Below, one piece after another: positions 51,959 through 62,749 of a stretch of DNA of 64,000 nt (its first letter is position 1; the number at the start of each line of letters is the position of its first letter). The DNA is taken from the NCBI GenBank assembly GCA_028534125.1, contig CM052817.1:94180001-94244000 (forward strand), read 5' to 3'. Both the position numbers and the translations under genes were made by a program. The DNA comes from Lama glama. Its lineage: Eukaryota. Below the pieces are notes generated by a model. The model was not told the DNA's origin. It saw only the letters and a list, made by a program, of their open reading frames with translations, and made no database searches.

Positions 51959-52341
51959 GTAAGTTCAAGATTTTGTGATTCGTCCTGAGTTCTTTGTTAC
52001 TACATTTTAAAAACTTATCAAGTTCTTTATTATTTCAGTTATACGATATAATATTTTATTTTTTTATAACAGTAACAACATTGGGAAAAAGCAAAATCCT
52101 TTCATCATTTTGAGGAGAAACGTTTTTTAAATTTTAGTAAGAGAGATTTAACTATTGTGGGGCAGTGTCTAAATAATGTTCCAAAGTAGAAGGTGACAAG
52201 AAGAATGCTTATTTAATAGCATTTTTTGAGTTCCTATATAAATATTAATTTGGACCTTACAGCACTGTTTATGCTTGACTATTTTATCCTATCAAAATAA
52301 CATTTTCATGTGGCTCAATGTAATTCTTTAGTAGTTATTTT

Positions 52342-52819
52342 AATTGAAATATAATTGATGTATAATATTATGTAAGTTACAGGTGTACAATATAGTGTTT
52401 GACAATTTTTAAAGGTTATGCTCCATTCATAGTTATATTGACCATATTCTCTGTGTTGTACAATATACCCGTGTAGTTTATTTCATACTTGATAGTTTGT
52501 ACCTCCTAAATCGCCACCTCTATATTGCCCCTATATTCCCTCTCCCTACTGGTAACCACTAGTTTGTTTTCTGTATCTGTGAATCTGTTTCTCTTTTGCT
52601 GTATTCACTAGTTTGTTGTATTTTTTTAGATTCCACATATAAGTGAAATCATACAGTATTTGTCTTTCTCTGTCTGACTTATTTCACTTAGCACAGTGGC
52701 CTCTAAGTCCATCCATGTTGTTGCAAAAGGCAAAATTATTTCTTTTTATGGCTGAGTAGTATTCCATTGTGTATATATACTATATCATCTTCATCCATTC
52801 ATCTGTTGAGGGACACAGG
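52342..52819 (-). mobile_element. 5'-truncated L1, apparently the same subfamily as 27540-28100
   Basis: Shared 3'UTR blocks (tttttaaaggttat, ctggtaac.actagtttg); TSD agttatttt at 52333-52341 and 52820-52828. Confidence 0.9.
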
Positions 52820-53342
52820 AGTTATTTTTTTAAACTATGTTGGATTGTGAAGTTATGAAATGGCCAAGGTGACTATCGATACCTAGGAAAAGCAAATGAG
52901 AATCAGTCACAAAACATGATGAAAAAGTAATCAACATATGAGTTTGCTTAACACAGATGTTCTAAAAAGAGCAGGGAGGAAGAGGGGACTCAAATTTTGA
53001 ATAAGAGGTGGTGAAGGAAAGCTTCTTGGAGGAAGATCAGTTGTAAACTATAGGCTTTTGAAGGAAGTAGTGTTCTGTCTACATAAATGAAAGGAGCTAT
53101 GCAGAACCTGCAGGCTTAGGGGCTAGGGAGGGACTCAGCGGTGGAGCAGACCCCTCCTTGACTGGAGCAAGAGGGCTGTGAACGATACAGGCAAGGGGAG
53201 AGTTGCTTGAGGATCTGAGGTTTGGGTGCCTTCCTGGGAAGAGCTGAATGATTAGGGGCCTCAAGAAGAATTTTACAAGTGGAGTTCCTCTTTGGGGGCT
53301 TTTATATAGCTGCACTAGCCACGAATTCCCTGTCTGTCTGCC

Positions 53343-53449
53343 TTTTTTTATTTTTTTTTTGCGTTTTTTTAAATGGAGGTACTGGGGATTGAACCCAGGG
53401 CCTTATGCACACTAAGCACGCACTCTACCAACTGAACTGTACCCTCCCC
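53343..53449 (-). mobile_element. Vic-1-like SINE, short form
   Basis: aaatggaggtactggggattgaacccagggccttatgcacactaagcacgcactctacc. Confidence 0.9.
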
Positions 53450-56400
53450 ACTTATCTTCCTTTTTAAAACAAACACTAAGAACCCTTGTAGGGGACTCCA
53501 ATCCACATCTAGGTTTGCAGAGCCAAGAATCAGTAATAACGGCGGCCTGAGGTCTTTGACCCCGTTGTCCTCATGGTTATACTCACATTGACAAAGGTGC
53601 ATTCCCGAATATCTATATTTAGGAGGGCTGGATATGCAGTGAGGGGTGGAAAAATTGTAGTAACAGTCAACAGCAAGATTTGGATTGAAGTGAAACAGTA
53701 ACTTTATCTCTAATTATCTCTAATTATCTCGGGTCAGCATGCTATTTCCTCGCTGGCCGGTTAGTCCCCAGGAGGAAAAGGCTTCCAGGGCTGAGATTAG
53801 CCCAGTGGGGAGGGGGGATCCCCTTGAGGAGGGCATCCAGAACGCCCAAGGGAAAGCAGCACTGAGAAAGGGAAGGGGGCGGCTGATTTCCACAAGAGGC
53901 TAATGACCTGGAACTCTTCAACAGGGTTCTACTGATTAAAAGCCTCAAGAAAGTGTTGCACATGTGGAATCAAGGCTTCAGTTGTTTTTGTCAAGTTACT
54001 AAATATGCTCACATTCTAAGTGGACCTGGGGGTATTATTTCTAACTCCAGTTAAACGCCTTTCCTTTCTTGTTTGCATACATAGTCTATATTTGAGTACA
54101 GCGGAGGATTTTTTTAAGTCACAAATGAGATGGCTCTCTTTTTAATGGTGATTTAACAACCACTCAGTAATGATAATTATTGGATTTAGACATCACGTTC
54201 ATTTCCTTGTAGGGTGGATTGTCAGCTAAAATGATTTAAGTAGTCGTATGATCTTTGTGTTGATGTTCCTTTGCCTGCTACCTTCTCAATTTAGGATTTG
54301 TCTGGGGGACATAAAGGCTGACTTCTGTCTCCATTGACTGCCGTATAGATTCAGCTGATCTGAAAGACCTTGGTAGATGTCCTCTGTCTCTCTTTGTTTT
54401 CTTTATAATTCTTCAATTTAACGAAGGATATGAGATGCCCTCTTAGTACATTCTTCCATCTAGGAATGTGAGTGTAATTTTGGGCAGCTCATTCAGGGGA
54501 GGTTCGAGTTGCAAACCCCCAAAATGAGAATCTCTAATGCTCCAGTGTCCCAGGTTAACTTCGCAAGGTTTAAGGCATGGAGTCTGATCCATTTGTCCAC
54601 CACAGAATGATTCTCATCACCTGAGAGCTTCCTTAACACCCCGTCATCACTGGAAACAAGATGAGTTTTGTCTGCTTTAGAAAATTAATTCATCAATCTA
54701 CCAAATTATTTGGGTTTGCCAGCTCTCTACAAGGCTGTGGGCATTCATTCAACCAACACATATTAAGTGACTAGTTAGGGAGACAGATGGCAAGTGTTAT
54801 AGACAGGGAACTGAGCATCCAGTGGGGGAAGAGTCATACCCCAAATAATTCATTCCAGTGGATAAGCACAGGTTGTGCATATATGCATGTGTATGTGTGT
54901 GTGTACATATGTTTATATGGGTATACATATATGTTTTTATTCATTTATATGAATCATACTTTGTATAAATCATACTTTAACATATATTAAAGTATTAATG
55001 CATAATATTAAGGTATAATTATATGTATATTAAAGTATGATACTGAGTGTGTAAATGCAGTTCTTGCCCTCATAGAGCTTACAGTCAGTCTAGTAGGAGA
55101 GTCAGTCATATAATCTAGGAATTATAATGCCAGTTGATAGGTGCTCTGCCAAAGAGAAAAAAAGCACAGATAACAGCTGAGATCATGTTAGGGGAGGGGT
55201 CAGGGAAAGCCTAGGTAGTTTTAAATGGCTCTGTGACAAAAACTGACTGTACTGAGGACTTTATTTTTGCCCTTCGTGGAACATTTTCATCGGTATTAGT
55301 AGTCAGAATTGGCTACAATGCCTGTTTTTACTTCATAAAAGGTATAGGGAGGCGGAATGTTTCGAAACTTCATAGCCACATTTTCAGCGGCAAAACTCCC
55401 AAATCCTTGTAAAACAGATTAGAAGTATATTTGCTTCGAGTGAAGCGCTCAATTTGTGAACTTTTAATCTTCACAATATCCATAAAAGGGTAAGTTGCAA
55501 GAAAATTAACAGTATGATTAATCAGACTTGGTATATATAAGCAGAGTTGGTTACCAAGAATAGCTATGCTAATTGCAAATCATTTTTATCTGTTCATTAA
55601 AGCAAGCCCCTAAGGACTTCAGTTTGCCAATACTTTTTCATTTTAGTTCCTGAACTATATCTAAATGCAAATGTTTGTATTTTTTTCATTCTATGATTTA
55701 GATTTTTTTTATGAGTTCATCCCGGTCGTCTCCCAAAGAGCCATAGTTAGAAATCTCTCTTACTGTACTATGTTGAAGACTTGAGTTTCTTGGAATAAAT
55801 CAGTGAAAGATGAGCAGTCCTTCATTGTGTAATACCAAGGAGCCGCACAAACACTTCATTTTGCTCTATAATTTTGGGTTTTTATATGTAGTAGCAATTC
55901 TCCAAAAAGGCTTTAAAGGCAGCCACCATTATTTCCCTGTTCATTTGTACTAGCTGACTTTGCTAGACGCCTTCTTTAAAATTCCACGTATTTAAAGATG
56001 TGTATCAAATGCTGAACCACAGAGAATTGCTATTATTCTTTGTGATCACATTCATACAGTTTACTATGACAAGGTAAATATCAGAATGTCTTTGTTCCTC
56101 CATTAACTTTACTACCTGCTTTATAATCTCTTGCTTCCAGGTAGACCTCACCTCCACTCACTGAATAATAGGTGCGTTTGTTTTTACCTAGATCTGTCCC
56201 CTGAGCCCTGTGTGTCCTTCCTTTTTCAGACAGCTGAATATGCTCCCACTCTCGGCTTCAAATTAATAACACGAAATGATTTTTCTTTCTAACTAGTTTC
56301 AGGGTAGACGTGGGAAGAAATAGACTCTGCTTGGATTTTACAGTCTGAGAAAATAAGTATGCCCAATCCCTAGGAGAGTAACTAATCTTCTCCTGAAAAC

Positions 56401-56969
56401 AAAAGGAAAGGGGAAAAATCTGACCTGTGTTTTGATTCCAGGAACCTCTCAAAATATCGTTACCATGTTATTTCCGCTGCCCCAGGTGACCACTGCTATT
56501 ATTGCACACTCAGAATGCTGGCAGGCTGAATCTGTTTTTCAATTCTAGCTCATTGAACTGTGTGTGGTTCCTATGAATGTTTTTATTTAGTAGATTTGCG
56601 AGTAGAAACTAATTTCTTTTGTTTTTCTTGGAAATGTGCAGATTTATTTTTGTTTCTCCACCGAAGTAGAAGCTGTGAAATCTGCTAAACAAGACCTGGG
56701 AAACATAGCCCTAGGGCTGAACTCGGCTAACCAACTTGGCACGAAGGCTCCTGCTCTAATTTCAGGAGCAAGTTTAGAAAGTTGCCTCTTAATCAGTTGA
56801 GTTGCTATACTCAAAATGCTCAGCTAATACTAGTTTAAGAAAAAAAATAGCATAATTCTCTGTTTGATAGTCTTCCCTTTAGAAAAGTAGGGAAACTACC
56901 ATGTGAGAGAATATACACACGCTCCCACTCCTATAAAGCAGAGCTTCTTAATTGGGGAACTTAAATTTC

Positions 56970-57720
56970 TGTTTATTTAGTGTTTTATTCAGGTATAACT
57001 TAAACCACTGTCAAAGGCACAGAACTTAAGTGTATGGTTCAATATAGTTTTATACATTCATTCCATATCTATATGTAGAAATAGGAATCTATGAAACCCC
57101 GCTCAGATCGAGAAATGGAACATTTCCAGTCCCCTAGAAGTTTTCTCATGCTTTTTCCAGTAAAAACCCAGATCAAATTTCAAATGTAACCATTATTTTG
57201 CTTCTATTACCATAGATTAGTTTTGCCCCTACTTGACTGTAATATAAATAAAACCATTGAGTCCAGCTTCTTTTTTCCGACAGTAAGTCTGTGAGATTTC
57301 ATCCATGTAGCATGAGCGGGAGTTCTACATCTATATAGAGTTCCATTGTGTGACTATATCATAAACTATTGATCTCTTTGAATGTTGACAGACATTTGGC
57401 TTGTTTCCAGTGTTTAGTTAATGCACGTAGAACTGCTGTGAACATTCTTACGTGGATCTTTTGATGGACATGAGCACTTAGCTTTTCTAGGTATATACCC
57501 ATTAGTGGAACTGCTGCCTCACAGGGTACATATATTTAGTTTTAGTAGATTTTGTAGCTTTAGTTTTCCAAAGTTACTGTACTAATTGTTTTCCTACCAA
57601 CGGCATACACAATTTCCAGTTACTTCATAAAGTTCTCGCCAGTGTTTGGTATTGTTGATCATGAGTTTTAGCCATTCCAGTGAGTGTGTAGTGGTTTTAA
57701 TTTGTATTTGTCTGAGGACC
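56970..57720 (-). mobile_element. Old L1M fragment
   Basis: gacatttggcttgtttccag...ctgctgtgaacattctt...ttttagccattccagtgagtgtgtagtgg. Confidence 0.75.
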
Positions 57721-58576
57721 AATTGAACCAGAGTTTGTTTGTTCTAATTTGTCTTATTTTGTTTTATCACATATTTTCAAACTACTGCCCCTGAGATCTT
57801 GATTCATTGAGTCCCCTGAGGTGAGGCACCTGGTGATTGTATCCACCAAGCGATCCTGAGGCCATGACACCTCTGGATAAGAATTCAGGCATTTGTCAGC
57901 ACTGACTAACGGTTTATTTTAAAAAGTCTCCAGGAATGTTTTCACACTCTGTTAAGGAGATGGTCACGACAAATAAAATTTTCAACTTGAAACCCATTAA
58001 AGAGATTGGGCTATGATTAAACATCTTCAATATCTGATTAAGTAAACTGAAGAAATTTCACGTTGCAACCCTGAAAATTGCAACTACTGCTATTTCTAGT
58101 TTGTATTCCTTTGTTAGATTTACCTTTATAAGATGTTCTTCCATAAAGAAGGGTGTGTTCAGAAGTGAGAAGATGGTTATTTTCGCATTAATAATAGTGC
58201 ATACTCTTTATGGACTCTTGTTTGCTAGATTAATTAGACATAGATCTATTTGAAATGCATCCCTTTAGAGGGAAAAAAAAAATCTATGACAGACCAGGTA
58301 AATCAAGAATGAAAAGAAACAGAGGGACCTTAACCTGCATACCTTTCATTGTGAACCTGAAGGAAAACTTTCGCAGTAGAAACAAAAAAATGTTTTGTCA
58401 GCAAATGTAGCCCATCTTTGGAGAAAAGGATCTCATCTGATCTCCTGACGGGAGGTGAGCGACACCACAGCTTCATTACCACATGCTCAAGTAGGGTATG
58501 TCAGTAGTTACAAAAGCAGAGGACCTTTCTCGTCCACCTGGAAATATTCTACCTTACCAATAAGAAAGAGTAGGAT

Positions 58577-58702
58577 GGGGGGGGCGGTGTAACTCAGTGG
58601 TAGAGCCCATGCTTAGCATGTACAGGGTCCCAGGTTCAATCCCCAGTATCTCCATCAAATAAATAAATAAACCTAATTACCTCTCCTCCAAAAAAAACAA
58701 AA
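58577..58702 (+). mobile_element. Vic-1-like SINE, long-tail form, 13-bp TSD
   Basis: TSD aaga(a/g)agagtagg at 58562-58574 and 58703-58715. Confidence 0.92.
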
Positions 58703-60174
58703 AAGAGAGAGTAGGCTTGCTTCCCTAGGCTTAAGCTTTTGTGCCATCTGGTTAAAAAAATACATAATGTTTTGAATATTTAGAGGCATTATCTGGGCAC
58801 CCCCAACTTCTGCGAGGGACACTAACACCAGGGCCTTTTGGTTTCAGATAGAATAAAACTATGCATTAAGGAAGGTCAGGATCATGTGAACCGATTTATT
58901 ATTGGTGGTTCTCCTCACAGAACCATCTGGTCCTCTTCACGGAAAACTCGTGAAGGCTTTCCTTAGCAGTACTTACTTGCTTTCCACGTGAAGTTCAATT
59001 TAAGAGTTTGATACTGCAGCCTATTAGACCTCTGATGGGTGCTAATTATTACTCTTCATGCCTTCTGAATTAAGAGACAGGAAATAATTGTACACACATA
59101 AGCAAACCCTAAGCTGATGTTCGGTTCTCAGAAACATGATACCAGCATTACTTAGAAAGAGCAGTAAGTTGGAAACCCAAGTGAGCCAGAATGCAGTAAA
59201 CAGTCTGCCCAACTACTCATGGGGTAGTCACATGTCTTTACAAGGTGGAACAGAAGTTTCTTTTTTCAGACCAGTTGGTTAACTTTGGCTGGAAACTTTA
59301 TGTTAGAGAATATTTAGATACCATGCATGCTGACAAGATACGCAGAGTTGAGTCTCTAGTCAAATTAACATGAGTAAAATCACTAAAACTTTGAAGATGA
59401 TGCGTTATCTGAGCCCAAAGTGGTAAAGCAGTGTCCCCTTCCCCTTTAAGTCCCCTGTAGCCGTGTTGTTTGAAATGGTTTGCTGTTCATTTAAAGGCCT
59501 TTTCTTCCATGAGCTTGCTAGTGAATAAAATGAAAGTTTCTGTCTGATTCTTGCCTTTTAGAAATATACAGAAGTCTTCCCATATTGTAAACAAGATTTA
59601 AAAAAAAAAGGACTTTTAAATCTGGTTCTTTTTATTATTTTTCTATTCATTTTTCTTTTCTCCCCCCCCCCCCAGGAAGTTGAGAGGATCTTGAAGCTAT
59701 AGAGTGAAAACACTTTAGTCATTCACAGGCGGGAGAAAGGGAAGGTTAAAAATGAGACGATCCCATTGTGTTAATAAAACAGACAATAGTTATTGCTTGA
59801 TGGGGTGACTTTTTTCCCACTTACGATGAATCACTCAGTTCATGTAGTGTATAGCCATCTAGTTTAGAAAAAATACTAAAGGAAAAGTGTTATCTGTAAA
59901 AACAACCACCTGGAAAAGTTATTTTAGGAGTTACAGTGGAAAAGTAGAATTCATACTGTTTTATGTAGTAATGTATTCCCAGTGTTCACTTGCATTTCGT
60001 TCAGTCAAAACTAAAAATTGAACTGGATTATACTGTCTTACCATATCTCTATGGTAGAAGAAAGGAGAAATACATAAAATATACTTGTGAATGCACCCTG
60101 TAGGATCCAGCAGCTGCTTTCTGATCCCTCTGCTTTTTTTTCCTCTCCAGTGTTGAATATATTCTTCTTAAGCT

Positions 60175-60495
60175 TTTTATTTTATTTTTTATTTTTATTG
60201 AAGTATCATTGATTTACAATGTTGTGTTAATTTCTGGTGTACAACACAGTGCCTCAGATACATCTGTATATTGTTTCTCATACTCTTTCATTACAGGTTA
60301 TTTTATTGTAACCTATTAAATGTAGTTCCCTGTGCTATACAGTAGACCTTCTTGTTTATCCATTTTATATGTAGTACTGTGTACTGCTGATCCCAAATGT
60401 CCCCCATTTCCCCTTTGGTAACTGTAAGTTTGTTTTCTGTGTCTGTTAGTCTCTTTCTGTTTTATAAACAAGTTCATTTGTATTGTATCATTTTT
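60175..60495 (-). mobile_element. L1 3'UTR fragment
   Basis: ttttattgaagtatcattgatttacaatgttgtg...gtagttccctgtgctatacagtag...ggtaactgtaagtttgttttc. Confidence 0.88.
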
Positions 60496-61230
60496 TAAGC
60501 TCCTTAAAGGGTAAATATTTTTCATAGTTTTAAGTTTGATAATCCACGAGTATTTACTCTAAGTCACTGATACGTTCATGGCATTTTAAATCCCCTTAAA
60601 TAAATCTCTTTATATTTGTAACAAAATCAAAACAGCAAGACAGTTCATAAGGTATGCTATATACACTATAATCAGTGTCATTTAGACATGGTGAAGTAGT
60701 TATCAGTTCCCATGAAATGTTGGCATGATGTTGTATAAATGTCCAAAAATTCATTTCTCTTTTCTCACCACTTTGTGTTCTGGCCCTTCATCAATAAGAA
60801 AGAATTAACTAATTAATCCCTGTCATAAAGTGTTAGATTTTGTTGGGTGAGCCTGTATGAAGACTTGATGTTGCATGAAGCATAACAAAGCCAGAACGTT
60901 GGAAATTAGCTCCACTTCTGTGTACTCGGGCCAGATTGTCCAACTGAAAGATATTTCTGTACTCAGTTAGCACCTAGTAGGGCTCACAAGTTTCTGGAGG
61001 AGCAAATTCCAAAGCGCAGGTGCATGCAAATGGGTCTTGCAGATTCAGGGGGTGCCTGGCTTCCATGTCTTCCAACCTGACGTAGAGAAAGTGCTAAGTG
61101 AGTTTCAGCTGGGTGAAGGAAATATTTTTGAGCATCTGCCCCAGGAGTTCTGATTCTTTTTGTTTGTTTGGGGGACCCACAATTAATGATTAATTAAATC
61201 AAACTAATTAAAGATAGCCATACTAATATG

Positions 61231-61318
61231 TTTTTTTTTTAAATGGAGGTACTGGGGATTGAACCCAGGACCTTGTGCATGCTAAGCATACACTCTACCA
61301 CTATACCCTCCCCTCCCT
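61231..61318 (-). mobile_element. Vic-1-like SINE, short form, with small A-box deletion and 10-bp TSD
   Basis: ctaccactatacc here versus ctaccactgagctatacc-like in sibling copies; TSD atactaatat at 61220-61229 and 61320-61329. Confidence 0.9.
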
Positions 61319-62526
61319 AATACTAATATATTATTCAAGCTTTACAGTTAGGATATGAGCTTCTTTGCCTAGCAAGAAGAGTTTTTAAATGAACTCTGTA
61401 AACTTGGCTGTGGTGCATGTATGGATGTTAAAGTTGAATACAAAAAGACAGTATCAAAAGCACGTGGACTTTTTCTGTAGAATCTGGAGAACAGAGCTGA
61501 CATGTGGCTCTTCCCTGAGGAATTGACAGACCAAGTGACCTGCCTTTGATTCTATTCTGTAGAACATATTAACTCTCTTACCACTTCTTAGCATCTTTAG
61601 GTAATGTTTTGTTGTGGAAGTCTCAGTTTCAACCCAGTCTTTTCTATTCTAATATAAACAGGCAAGAAACAGATTTGTTTATTCAAATATGAGCATTTAC
61701 CTTTTTTTAAAATTGATTTATAGCTCCGTATTCCTAACCAGACTAACAGAGAATTTTTGTTTTCGGCCCTCAAAAATTTCCTTGGTTGTGTCAATAATTA
61801 CAGCGTTTTTTTTTCCTAATTTTTTAACTTGTTTTCAAATTACTTCATTCTACACAATTTAGCAATTTTTTCCTGTCTTCTCAAAGCATAGTTAAGTGCT
61901 TAATAAATTACTTCTTTACCTGTTGAGCCCTTCTGCATGAAGATACTACAGAAACCAATAAATGGCAAAGGAGGCTATGAGCTGAGAGGAGAAGTGATGT
62001 CAAAGAGAAGCTCTTTCCCTGAATGTGAATCCTGGAATTAGACATATTTCTCCCCAGTCGGCTGGGAAGTAGAAAGAAATGAATGAATAGCAAAATAAAT
62101 GGGGTGAAGAGCTGGCCTTGGCACACACAGCGCCACGGGCCTGTAGATACCACGTAAAAAAGTGGATCTCCTTGGAAGGTTGGCTTGGCTTAGCACTTAC
62201 TATGGGGGAATAAAATCTGCTGCTTGTGTTAACATCTTCATTCCCAGTAGCCTTAAAACCAAAGAATGTTCAAGGCCAATGTTAACCATGGCTTTCCTCG
62301 AGCCTCTGGAAGAAGGAGCCCTAATTCTCAGATGTCTTTGAGAAGAACCAGTTATTTTCTGTGTCAAGGTTGCCATTTAGGGAGAATGTATTTTAACGGA
62401 CGTTGTCCTAGTTTATCCTATTTTCATGTGTTTAAACAAATTTATCTCCAGCCTTTCAAGTAGCTTTGTTTGAGAAACAATTCTTAAAACGGCGTAGACA
62501 ATGATGGTCACGCTTGGATGTTGCAG

Positions 62527-62749
62527 ATCCTGTGAAGCCTCCTGGCAACTCCTTACAAGCACCGGCTGATTTACCGTTAGCGATAAACACAGCACCGCCC
62601 TCCGCCCAGGTGGATTCCTCCGCTGCTCCTCCTCCTCCGTATCAGCTAATCAGCCTTCCGCCACACCTGGAAACTCTTGGCATCCAGGAGGACCCTCAAG
62701 ACTACCTCTTGCTCATCAACTGTCAAAGCAAGAAGCCTGAACCCCCCAG
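62527..62749 (+). CDS. GAB1: GAB1 coding exon 3 (223 nt; Pro-rich region after the PH domain)
   Basis: Acceptor gttgcag|AT completes the G|AT Asp codon from exon 2. Translates [74 protein letters not shown](R). Donor AG|gtaaac, phase 2. Confidence 0.97.

Larger units (their letters stand above)
51959..62526 (+). other. GAB1: GAB1 intron 2 (10,568 nt, GT-AG, phase 1)
   Basis: gtaagt at 51959 and cag ending at 62526; the flanking exons join in frame. Confidence 0.95.

Noticed and set aside
51685..51978. 97-aa ORF as a standalone PH protein
   Set aside because: It is GAB1 exon 2 read from an internal GTG and past the donor. The true limits are 51664-51958.
6180..61318. tRNA-Ala-like sequences as real tRNA genes, including the 44566 copy whose loop reads AAC
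   Set aside because: They have polyA or A-rich tails, several have TSDs, stems carry mismatches and each copy has private mutations. They are SINE copies.
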